Of a stretch of 64,000 bases of DNA, positions 1 through 10,796 are shown piece by piece (positions within the stretch are counted from its first letter, which is position 1; every line of letters starts with the position of its first letter). The position numbers and the translations under genes are program-made. This DNA comes from Ministeria vibrans ATCC 50519 (taxonomy: Eukaryota > Protista > Filasterea), in NCBI GenBank assembly GCA_943704425.1, contig CALSCP010002236.1, positions 1 through 64,000 on the forward strand, given 5' to 3'. The notes under the pieces were generated by a model, which saw nothing but the letters and a program-made list of their open reading frames with translations, did not search any database and was not told the DNA's origin.

Positions 1-37
1 CCCCCTTTTTTTTTTTTTTTTTTTTTTGTGTTCTTAC

Positions 38-301
38 CGTGACAATCTTCTCAACGTTGGAGCGAAGAGTGTAAAAGACGTTCTTCAGGGGAGTGGTATC
101 AGGGAAGGAGCCCTCGACGTCGGCTGTGGCGAACAGGGTGTTGCCCGTTGCCCAGTAGGGAATCGAGGTGACCGCCGCGTTGCTCAGCTCGTTGTTGCTG
201 GGCTGCTGAATGGCCGGAAATGGCGAGATGTTGCTGCAGAGCTGGGCCTGAGCGGAACCAACTAGCAATGCTGCGGTAAAAGCGAGCATGACAGACTTCA
301 T
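38..301 (-). CDS. First coding exon of a secreted protein of unknown function (continues off the left edge)
   Basis: ATG at 301 after a pyrimidine tract/AG. Reads MKSVMLAFTAALLVGSAQAQLCSNISPF...NVEKIVT (signal peptide), open for 88 codons to a GTAAGA donor at 37. Not in the ORF track. Confidence 0.7.
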
Positions 302-2326
302 CGTGCCTGTCAAAGAAAAAGAAAAAGCGGAAAATAACTGATCAGTTAAAAAAGAAAAAAGGCTATTAAAACGTGCAGGGTTTGCTTAAAAATAGCAATC
401 CGTATCCTAGACTGCGTATAGCAACTGCAAACAACGGCTATAAAAGACACACACACGGGGACTTGCGAGAAGGGGCGAGGTGTCACAGGTGCATGATAAG
501 TTTTGAACGTGAGAAAAATCAACGCATAGGCAGTCGCACATCAAAAAAAGGCGGTTTGACCCTTTGCTTTGCGAGACCATCACAATCCGCTTTTCTAATT
601 CTTGCAGGCCTCCACTGATTCCATAGTTGCTTGGCTCTTCCAATATTCAACCCTTGTCATGTGTGACATCACGAACTAAAATTGCAGAGCTCAAAACGTG
701 GAATGTCTCAACGGTTTTTTTTTCGCAATGTTGCAAAGACTACCATCGCGCGAGAATTGCAAGACCACGACGAGCGTCCCTTTCTTGCATGTCTTATGAC
801 CTGCAGAGTATCAGACAGAAGGCTCGAAACAAAAGCGCCATTGCAATAGCGTGAAATGCGTCGTAATGAAAAATGAATATGGCAGCTCTCTCATCAAACG
901 ACCCATAAAAGGCTCCAAGGGATTCTTCAAGGCGACGTTGTACAACTGTAGCAATTCATTGTATGGTGGTAGACGAAGAAAAGCCAAGCTTGAGGAGGAA
1001 CGAACAGCCGAAACGGATTTCAAAAAAAAAAGAGAGCGCGAGAGAGCTCTCAGTGCTAAGCCCCACGCCCCCTCATTCTGACACCTCTCCATCGTATAAG
1101 TATGGAAAAAGATGTGTGTATGAGCTTGAGGGGAAGGGTGGGCTAAACGGGACCGTCCGCGTGGTGGAAGAGTCGAGAGAGAGTCGACCGAGCATAAAAA
1201 AAAAAAGAGGCAGCAGAGGCATGACACTGCTTACAGCAAGACGCAGGGTCCATTGGGCATGTTGACAAAGCAATGTAGAGGTGTTGCAGGAACGATTTCG
1301 CCCTTGCTACAGCTTTTGCCGTCTCAACGTCTTTTTTTTTTTTTTTTCTCTTTTTCCACAGTCACGGACTTCACATGTACCGTTTAAGAAGGACGGCGCA
1401 AAATGCGGAAACGGGAGCAATGTGCACCACACGGAGATATGCAGCTGCTACGTCAACTACCGCTTGATATGCTGCTTTGCGCTGTGATGAGACGTTGCGC
1501 GCGATATTTTTTTGAAAAGCAAAACGAAAATGCTCAGCAGCAGAGCGCGGAAGGAGGAGCGATTGAAGGGAAGTCTCACCTCGCTGTGTATCACAAACTA
1601 TGGACTAAGGTTTGCGAAATTTCAATCAGTCAGTGGCTGTTGAAAAGAGTGAGTTTGATTTATGATTTTTGACTTGTGACTTTGATTTTTGGGTTTCGAA
1701 TTGGGTTGATCGATGTCCCGAGCGCCCTTTCCGTCGAGCACGACGACGGGGGGTTCGGCACAATCCGCCTCCTAGCAAGGGCTACAGGGCATGGTATGAT
1801 CTGGGATGGGATTGCAAGACGGTCGTCATTGTGAAATTTGGAAGGATTGTCAAACATGGCCGCCCCCACATTTTATTATATTTTAAGTATTAGTATTATT
1901 ATTACCACTCGTTGCAGACCTTAAGCACAGGCGAGAATGGATAGTGTTGCGCTAGTGTGAGATGGCCCATATGGGGGATTGAAGAGATGGCAGACGGTGG
2001 GCTGACTGGTACTTGACTCGTTGTCAGAGGTTAGTTGAGTGTGTTATTAAAGGACAATCGGAACTTGACAGAAACTTCACAGATGGATTTGTATAATAAT
2101 AATAATAATAGAACTTATTATTATTATTATTAAATTTTTGTATTTGTCGTGTATTTTTGAATTAAGTATTAGTTTTGAGTTTTAGAAGAGCACTGATGAA
2201 GATGACGTGAAAATATTAAGCATACTGTTATTACTGTATTCAGGTGCAGGTGCAGTGAGTGACACAGTCTCGATTGTCATTAATTACCCAAGTACAAAAA
2301 ATATAATGGATTATATTTTAATTCAT

Positions 2327-3522
2327 TCAGTTCTCATTCAAAATGGAAATGAAACCAGTCAATGCGCCCCAGTGGTAGAACGGGTCGCTGTTCTGGACGT
2401 CACAGCCCTCGCCGTTGATCCCCGAGTAATTTTCGTGAACATGGCGATGGGAACGCCACTCGTTGAGTAGAAGAGCACGCGAGAGATCGACAAGGGAATT
2501 TTGCGCGCGCTTGACAATGATTGAGCGGGCGCTGTAGCGATCCAAGGCCCAATACACAAGCTGGACCATCGGGCCCCAGATGCGTCCCCGCCAATACATC
2601 TGGTCGCCAAACGCAGGGTCGTTGCGTGCGATGGACGGGAGTGCATAGGGCATGCTGACAGCCGACTGGGCCACGTAGCACTGGCGACGCACATGAACGT
2701 AGCCGAGGGAGGGAGACGCATCCGCACGACACGCTGAAGTGCCGCACGTTTGGTAGTCCTGGCGTTCGCTCGAGTAGTACAAATCTAAAGGCACCATGCC
2801 CGGCGCACTCACAAACGAGCAGTATCCCTCGACGCGGACAAAGGTGTAGCTGCGGTCGCTCCAAGTGGCGTTGGAGGTCAACAAAGAGTCACGATGTGTT
2901 GCCGAGTAAAACAAGTTAAGGGGCGTCAATTGAGTAGTGGCATTGAGGGTCGTAAAAGCGCTTCCTTCGGGGCGCACAAACCGATAGGATGAGGAAGAGA
3001 CATTTGCAATGCAATCACTCGTGACACACAGACAATTGTCGGTCCTGGAGTCACTCCAAAACTGCTGAAGCAAACGCGCATTCGTGTGTTTTCCCGCCTG
3101 AGTCACGCCAAACTCTTGCGGATTCGCCAAGTGCTGCGTAATCATTGTTTCCGCCTGCGCTTGCGTGGCAGCGCCCGACAGCAACGGGTAAAAGAGTGTG
3201 GGTGAGAGACGCTCGTAGAACGAATCGTTGTGAGCGAGTTTGTTGAGAAATATCCCTTTTTCCGCGCACCACAACTGCTCTTGCATGTCGCCGTTCATAT
3301 CCAAGTGGATCTGTCTCAGGCGCATTGCAACCTTGGCGGGACGTCCCACTGCATCGGCAAGAAAAGCACACGCCTCGCACTCCATTGCAAGCAAGCTGGA
3401 CATGCCCACATCCACCAGATTCATCATGTGAGTACGATTATCAAAGGCCACGGGAGGCGCATCATACATTGGCGAGTTGTCGAGACCGCCTAAACAACAT
3501 TATTATTATTATTATTATTATT

Positions 3523-3569
<47 letters not shown>

Positions 3570-3592
3570 ATAATATTATAATTATAATTATA

Positions 3593-3657
<65 letters not shown>

Positions 3658-4029
3658 ATTATTAGCATAATCAAAAGAAACTTACTCTCGTAGCGAGCAC
3701 CCTGAAGGTGGTTGATGGCAGGATCATCCTGAGTAGGCGCGTTGGGGTCCGAACCAAGAGAAATGAGGGACGAGTGCTCATTGAGACGACGGTGATGGCG
3801 GAACCAGTCAATCCAGTCAAGAAGATCGTCCAAGAGCAGATCGACGAACCAGGCATCGTTGTACTTTGCAAACAGCTCCAGCACAACCTACCAAAGTATG
3901 AAACGTGAACGTGACTGTGTGTGTATGTATGTGTGTGTACGTATGTCTGTATGTATATGTCTCTGTTCATACATATGTATGTATGTATGTGTGTATTTTG
4001 TGTGTGTGTGTGTATGTATGTATGTGTGT

Positions 4030-4069
<40 letters not shown>

Positions 4070-5990
4070 GAGTGTTAGTCTTTGTCTCTTTTGTGGTGGG
4101 AGTGTCGTTTCAAGTTAGTAGACGTGCCTTGCAACCGATTGGGGGCTCAGTGCGATCACGCGACTTTCTTAGCCCCGAAGCATAATTTGGAACAAATCCG
4201 GCGATTGTTTTTGCTTTAATAATCTACAAAAATATAATAGAAGAAGAAGAAGATACTTCCACAAAAACATAATAAAAATAACCGTCACGTCATATTATAT
4301 TATATTGTCGCACCTGAATGACATTGGCATAGGCAAGGTCGCGCTGATCATATGCCAGCATAAAACCCGCAAAAAGATTGTCCCAATCAAAAATGACATA
4401 TCCTGCGCCAAAATCCCACCTGAAATGGGATAGGTGTTGATATGATATCCATCTTCAGGGTAGAGATTATGACATTGATTGACATTTTGGAAAATACCCT
4501 CTTGAGACGGGCGTAATAAGACCTTCGTGTGGATCGTAAATGGTATTCCACGCAAGCACAGAGTGCATTGCTGCCAGCACTTCGCTGCGTTCGTCGTCAC
4601 TTAATGTGTTGTCAGTCTTGTTCAGAGGTCTCGCGGAGAGAGACTGTGGCAATGACGAGAGCACGAGTGGAGTGGAGGAAGTGAGTGAGAAGGCAACAAA
4701 GAGGGGCGATGAAATATGAATGGATTCGGAAGGGAGAGGGGCAGCCGACGCAAAGATGTGCACGGGGCTGGTGGGGAAGCCTGGGAAGGAGGCCGAGATA
4801 ACGGGAATTGTGTGAGGCGCAAAGGCGACAGAGAGGGAGCCCTGTGCGCCCCAGAGCATTTTGGGCGAGACCACAATGGCAAGGTCGGTGTCATTGGTGG
4901 TCAGGAAGGATTCACGAGTGATGTGAACAGTGATGTCAAGCGGATGCTCTGCCGAACGCACTGTAGACACTGAGATGTTTCCAAGACTCTGCCACTCGAT
5001 TAGAGTTACGACCGACGTGTTGGTCAGGCTGTGCCAAAAAGAATAAGGAAAAACAAACAAACAAGACGTTAGGTGTGCTACGGTGTGCGAGAGGAGAAGA
5101 ATCAACAATTAATCGGCGTACCCTGAGAGAAAATGATCGCCTGGCCGCACTGCACACGGTTGGTTCTGCCGAAAGACAATGGTCTTTTCAAGCCACATTT
5201 TGGTGGAGAATTGGTAGAGAGAGAGTGACAGGGCAAACGAGTGGGGTAGCAAGGCGACAGAGAGCATGTTGTCATTCTCCCAATTGCCCCAGCCAGCACG
5301 AGAGAATTGTTCAGTGCGCAATTTCCATCGTTGCTGTTGACCGACTGTCAGAGAGGGTGTCAGCGCCGCAGTGGGCACAGTGGAGCGCTGAGTGGTGTTG
5401 CTCAGCCACTCGAGGGCAAGTGATGCATTTGCATATGCAGCAAGCGGTGTAGCAAACTCCAGTGCAATCATGTAGGGACGAGTCGCGACTCGGGCGGGGT
5501 CCATTGGAAGTCGAGCATTCGCCTAAGCGAAACGGTGTCAGTCGACAAGAGTACAATTTGCCGATTTGTATTCTTAATTGCGGCCAAGCGGCAACCTTTT
5601 GCTGGTGAACGGTGGGTGTGGCAATGTCCCACGAATCAACGAGCAGGTGGTCATCCACCCAGAGGCGAACCCCCCCGCAAAATTCGACGGAGAAAACGTA
5701 CGACTCCTTTTTACTTGGCACAATCGAACCAAGCCATCGAACGGAGAAGACGCGCGACGACAGTTCTGGCGAAGGCGGGTTTTCTGAGCTCCAGTGGAAA
5801 TCTATCAGGGAATCGACACGTTCGACCTGTAGAGCGACAAAACGAACTGCATTGTTTACCAAAGAACGCGGCTCAACCTTCTTACCGCAACGGAACCGCC
5901 GACGACGGAGTTGTTGAAATAAGTGGCATGCAGCCCTGAGCTATTGATTTCCGTTACAAGCAGCGCAAAGAGAAGCGTGATCACCCACAT
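2327..5990 (-). CDS. Secreted PA14-domain + GH63/MGH1-like (alpha/alpha)6 glycoside hydrolase, multi-exon
   Basis: Signal peptide MWVITLLFALLV. PA14 motifs GLHATYFNN, IDFHW, FSVRWLGSI, GGVRLWVDDHLLVDSW. GH motifs LAWNTIYDP, YWRGRIWGP, HENYSGINGEG, FYHWGAL. GT-AG introns between ORF-track pieces. Confidence 0.8.
3500..3670. repeat. (TTA/TAA)n microsatellite in intron
   Basis: Visible trinucleotide array. Confidence 0.95.
3915..4065. repeat. (GT)n/(GTAT)n microsatellite in intron
   Basis: Visible array. Confidence 0.9.
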
Positions 5991-6110
5991 GCGTGTGCAT
6001 ACAGTGTGAACAAAGAATGATCAACAAGTGAAAATGAAATGAATAATCAATAATCAGACGTCTCGTAACAGTTAACACTTAATACTAATTTTACGCTTGC
6101 GTTCGTCATC

Positions 6111-6185
6111 ATGGCCGAGTTGTCCCCACACTCGGCAGACTTCACTGCGCGATACTACACCGTCAAGCACTCGTGGCGTGGAAAG
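6111..6185 (+). CDS. DNAJC13: RME-8/DNAJC13 exon 1 (piece 1 of 3)
   Basis: MAELSPHSADFTARYYTVKHSWRGK followed by a GT donor, phase 0. KHSWRGK is the conserved RME-8 N-terminal motif and continues as YKRIF at 13246. Confidence 0.9.
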
Positions 6186-6492
6186 GTTTGACGAACACTC
6201 AAAAGTGTTGTCCTTTTGGATGACTTGTCAATGTCCGTTTGGGGGCTCCCGGGCCCGCCTGCGCTTGCCGTCCGCGGCGGGTGACGCACCGGCATGCATG
6301 CTGATGCCCTGCGAGTGGACCGCACACACTCTTCTGTCGGTCTCGTCTCTTTTTTTCTCCCTTTCGTTCATTTCCGCTCTCCCTTTGCGTTCTCTCGTCC
6401 GTGCTGACCGTTGCGGCTGTGCAGACACATGGTTGTTTGTCTCGGCCTGAGCCCGGTGGTAATAGGAGACGCTAAACGCCAATGAGACGAAA

Positions 6493-6524
<32 letters not shown>

Positions 6525-6724
6525 AGGGTGCTGACAGGTGATAGGAGCAACGTGATTGTGGGCACGAGAGCACCAATGAGCCCACAGAGCTTGCGCTTGA
6601 CGGGTGGGCGGGAGCGGAACGATGGGAGGGGACGAGTCGTTTCACGAAACGGGTCGAGACAGAGAGAAGAAGACGAAAGAGACACAGAGAGAGGCAGGGA
6701 GAGACAGAGATCACGAGTACATAC

Positions 6725-6766
6725 CTTTCGCCCCAGGCGGTAGCGTCCACCTACACGAAGTTCCAT
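6725..6766 (-). CDS. CSNK1D: Casein kinase I delta/epsilon-type exon 1 only; no further exons in window
   Basis: MELRVGGRYRLGRK followed by a GTATGT donor, near-identical to the CK1 delta/epsilon N-terminus. The expected IGSGSFG exon was not found downstream. Confidence 0.8.
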
Positions 6767-7311
6767 TGCAATTATGGATTGAAAAAAAAAATCTGAAATG
6801 TGAGAATTGAAACTTGTAAATCTGATCGGTTCGCACACCGGTCACCGTGACTCAGTACTCTTCTTTCCTTTCAAACGCAAGGTAGGGCGCGTCTTGCAGC
6901 TACGATGTGCATCGTCGCTTTTGGCTCTTGCTCGCTCGATTTGTTCAGCATAAAGTGTTGTTCTGCGCTCCCGTCCTTCACCCGTTCGGCGCCCCCTCCC
7001 TCCCTCGCTCTGCCCTGCACTGCGCGCGTGCGACGACGAGTGCCGGCGTGTGTGCGTGCGTGCGTGCGTGCGTGCGTGTGCGCGTGAAGCCCGACATGCT
7101 GACACGTCGCTCATTCGCCAAACTCGACTTTCTCCTTGGAATTCGACGATGCACTGCGCCGTCACGGGTTGCTAGGAGTCTGTTGACTGTGCTTACCAGC
7201 AGCCTCTGTGCAGATGTGCATCGTTTCACGTCGTATTTTTGATTTTTTGACCTTTTTTTAAAAAACCCCCCTCTCTCTCTCTCCTCCTCTTCTCCTTCCT
7301 TTGTAGACATC

Positions 7312-7657
7312 ATGGATTGGGTTGCCGACAGCGTTGGATACACCAAGAACTTTTACACCAGCGGCTCTCGGTTTGTTGCAAGATGCACCAAACCTGATCG
7401 CAAAGGTAAAAAAAAAACCACAATAATTTGAGAGTGTGTCGACTAAATGTGCTTGTTTATGTGGTATAGAGTTCAACACGATTGCACGAGCAACGCTTGT
7501 TGGGTTTGCCATCATGGGTGTCGTGGGCTACGGCGTCAAGCTGCTCTTCATTCCTCTCAACAGCATCCTTGTGTACGAAAAGAGAAAGACTCATCATTGT
7601 GAGATATATGACAATTCAACTCACTTGTGTGTTGTCGTGTTTTGCAGAGGAAGCTGA
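7312..7657 (+). CDS. SEC61G: Sec61 translocon gamma subunit, 3 coding exons
   Basis: MDWVAD...[12 protein letters not shown]|[35 protein letters not shown]|GS*, with canonical introns. Confidence 0.95.
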
Positions 7658-7960
7658 GTTTTACATCCGCCTGTCACGTGTGTCCTTTCCACTCTGTTGT
7701 TCTCTATTCAATGCACCAATTCATTTTGTTGCCGAAATGATCTTACAACTCGAACCCAATTCCACTCCGTCCAACCCTATTGCCTCTGTTGACTATGTGC
7801 AAGCAGCAAGACACCCTAGACTCCATTGTCCGAATCTCAACATCATTTTCTTGTTTTCATTGTTGACAGTTGAATGTCAACGGTCACTGATTATCTGCCC
7901 AAGATGGGATAGACCCAATCCATCCCACTCAAATGAAAAATCCCAGAAATTTCCCAAAAT

Positions 7961-8194
7961 ATGCTGTCGTCGGCAGCCGCAGCGCGCGCGGCCCCGTACT
8001 CAGATGTGAACCAGCTGTCGGACATGTCGCACGACGAGGGCGACTTGACGCCAAGGAGAAACTCCAATCGCAAACGCGAAGTCGAGTGGGCGACCTTCTT
8101 TGCGCCATACCTCCCTGCCAACTCCGAAGACACCCTTCTCGAAGGTATCCCCTGCCGTCCCATCCTCAAAAACTCCAGCAGTCGCGCCTCCTGA
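7961..8194 (+). CDS. Possible 77-aa hypothetical protein
   Basis: ATG-initiated GC-rich ORF after an AT-rich upstream region. No recognised family; overlaps the inverted repeat at the contig end. Confidence 0.3.
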   Translation: MLSSAAAARAAPYSDVNQLSDMSHDEGDLTPRRNSNRKREVEWATFFAPYLPANSEDTLLEGIPCRPILKNSSSRAS

Positions 8195-8296
8195 CCCTTT
8201 TCTCTTGTTGGCCCTTTCGCTGTTTTTGAGGATGGGACGGCAGGGGATACCTTCGAGAAGGGTGTCTTCGGAGTTGGCAGGGAGGTATGGCGCAAA
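8099..8296. repeat. Perfect 75-bp inverted repeat (8099-8173 / 8222-8296), 48-nt spacer, abutting N-gap
   Basis: Direct reverse-complement match. Confidence 0.95.
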
Positions 8297-8304
8297 NNNN
8301 NNNN
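8297..8304. other. Assembly gap (8 N)
   Basis: N run. Confidence 1.
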
Positions 8305-9053
8305 CAGCTGATGCAGGTGGTGCCCGTGATGAGTGCGTTGCAGCGCAGCAGTAGCAGCACTTGCCCCGATCTCTTCGGCATCTTGCTCAGGTACTTGGAT
8401 GTGCTCAGTGGGTTGTACCTCCTGTCTTTGAGTGGCGACGCGCTCGTAGGTCCGCTGAGGCTGGGCGTGTCTTGGAGACGCGCTCGCCACTCGTTTGTGG
8501 ACAGACTCTCCGCTGCCTTCACGAGCTCGCCGTCCTTGACACGGTCGTAGCACAGGACCCGTCTTGCTGGCGCCCCCGCCGGCATTGGGTGCAGCGTCTC
8601 GAGCGTGTTGAGGATCGACAGCGCGTGAAAGCGCTTTTTCGCTCTCGGAGCCGCCGCTGCTCTTTCCGGGGTGTTCGCCAGCAGTGCCTCGAACACCTGA
8701 GATGCCAGGGGCACCACCGCGAGGGTCGTGCCTCTCGCCAAGTGTTGGAGCAGGCCCGCTTGCAGCGCTCTCGCACGGCCGGCGACCGGCTCAATGCCAA
8801 GCTCACCTTGCAGTCCCACCAGTGGTGCAAACTGTGGTGCGCGCGCGAGTCGTCTGAGGTCTTCGTTCTGCAAGAGGTTTAGCTCGTCGTACTTCCCTAA
8901 AGGCAGCACAATCGTGGCTTGTCCAAAGTCCATCGCGCTCCTCACGGCCTGGACATACACGTTTCGTAGGGCACCCACCCGTAGGTCCCGCAGAAACACC
9001 CGCTGCCACACAGCGCGTGCCTTGCCATATCGCTCCTTGATCCCCGCCGAGAA
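8305..9053 (-). mobile_element. 5'-truncated non-LTR (LINE) retrotransposon ORF2 fragment (post-RT thumb region), cut by the gap
   Basis: VYVQAVRSAMDFG...LQNEDLRRLARAPQFAPLVGLQGELGIEPV...R..L fits the LINE post-RT pattern Y...VRP.LEYG...Q...LR.I.GA....P...L..ELG..P. KYLS...LLLLRCNAL resembles the region just before the C-terminal Zn knuckle. Intronless, no ATG start. Confidence 0.65.
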
Positions 9054-9266
9054 TTAATAGTAAAATAATCGTTCTTTTTCGCTTGACTGATCATGGACTG
9101 ATCATTACCACTGTCCTAGTCAATACTGTCTACGGAGTACGCAGTCCTGAGACACAACTCACCCGAGTGATTGCCCGCGAAGGAGGGTGAGAGTGTAAGT
9201 AGCGTTCCTCACTAACAGTTTTACTCTCTGCAAAATTTTACTTATATTTTTATTTTCTTCGGTACT

Positions 9267-10729
9267 ATGTTAGAATGCGGTGCATGTGGAGAACGCCCAC
9301 CCTCGACATGTGGCAGCTGTGTGAAGAAGAGGTTGGTGTCCGTTGGCCGTGTTAATTCGGGTTTTCACCGTTGAACCAATTTCAGTGTTCGACCGGCACA
9401 GAAACGACGCGAAGCGGTGCTTGCGAAGCTGGACTCGCTCCGACAGCAAGCAGACATTGTAGTGGGAGCCAGCGACACGGTCGCTTTGCAGCAAAGGAAA
9501 AGTACGACTGTGTGAACTTGAGGGGAAAAAAAAAGAAGAACACTGAACGTTTGTGTGTGGGTCGGTTTTTACAGCGCGACTGTACTTGCGACGACAACGC
9601 CTTGAACGCTTACGGCATGAAGTTCAACAGAAAGCTGCCTTGCTGGTGAAGCAGCGCGAGGAGTGCAAGCGAGTTGTGGCAATGGTGGCGAAGAGGCGGA
9701 AGCATCTGGACAAGGGGCGTGCGGCGCTGGCCGATGCGGCGCTCCTTCCTGATCTGACACCGCCGCTCAAGGCACTTGACAAGGGAGAAAAGCGACTGCG
9801 CAAGGAGCGACAGAGATTGGTCCGGTCGCTAGACTTGCTCCTTCCGCTGCGCGTTGACAGCTCAAATTCACACATGTAAGGTTGGTGGGGTGTATTTAGT
9901 CATGCTACATAGTTTTATTTTTATTTTTATGCATAGGCAACGAGTGACATTGAATGGATTTGAGATTCCTGCGCCACCCACACAGCGTGGGCAACAGCAG
10001 CAAGACAGTGGCGCCAGGACGCGTACGGGCACACTGCTGTCCAAGGAAGAGCTCTTGGGAGCGGTTGAGGTGCTTCAGTTTTACTTTGCGCAGTTGCAGA
10101 GTTTTACACAGTCACCAGGCAGTGCCTGTGAGGATGTACAGGTCAACCGGAAGCTGTTTCCAGCGCCCTTTGACCGTGATCAGTTTGCCGAGTCGGACTG
10201 GTTTGCGCATATTGACTATGGACTGAGACAACTGAATGTGCGGATTGTGGGATTCTGTTGGGAGTGCGGAGTGAGTGTGGAGTCGGAAGGGCTGTACGCA
10301 CAGACACTGGAGAACGTGAAGGCGGCAGTGGAGAGTGTGCGGATGGGGGCGAATGGGCCGTACCGACTGCGGAAGAGCACAGTGGTGCGCACGATCAAGG
10401 GACAGAGTGGGGGAGTACACGAGGGCCAGGGGCATCCCGGGGCGGACCCGTTGCTGATGCTGATTCCCGAGCAGACCGAGCAGAGCATTGCTGTTGAGAA
10501 GCACTTTCGATCGCACTCAACCGCAATTGCCGAGGCGCCATTGGTGCACAAAGGGTCTAAGCTGAAGGCGAAGGGTGAGACGGGCACAGCGGCGAATGGC
10601 TCAGTGGGTGGCGGCCGTGGTGCCTCTGCTGCTGCACGTGTCGTGTACCCTGCCCGCATAGAGGATGCGTATGATCCGTCTGATGAGCTTGATTGGGTTT
10701 CGGTCCATCCTGAAGACTACTGTTTATAA
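9267..10729 (+). CDS. ATG14: ATG14/UVRAG-family PI3K class III subunit (ATG14-like), 4 exons
   Basis: N-terminal MLECGAC...CGSC Cys pairs, long coiled coil, RQRLVRSLDLLLPL, GLRQLNVRIVGFCWECGV...TLENV, C-terminal acidic DWVSV. Splice phases consistent. Confidence 0.65.
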
Positions 10730-10796
10730 TAACAATAATAATAAAACTATTGGTATCAGCGTGTGTATTTTACAGTATTAACTTTAGACAATTGCT

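Noticed and set aside
1680-1870. GC-rich island; minus strand TGCCCTGTAGCCCTTGCTAGGAGGC resembles the SRP RNA Alu 5' region
   Set aside because: No convincing S-domain helix-8 motif or Pol III terminator at the right distance; needs cmscan.
811-1893. Short ORF-track entries in the left intergenic region
   Set aside because: Low-complexity translations of A/T and GA tracts with no splice or domain support.
9150-9200. CTCACCC...GGGTGAG hairpin upstream of the LINE fragment as a ribozyme
   Set aside because: No hammerhead or HDV core motifs recognised on either strand.
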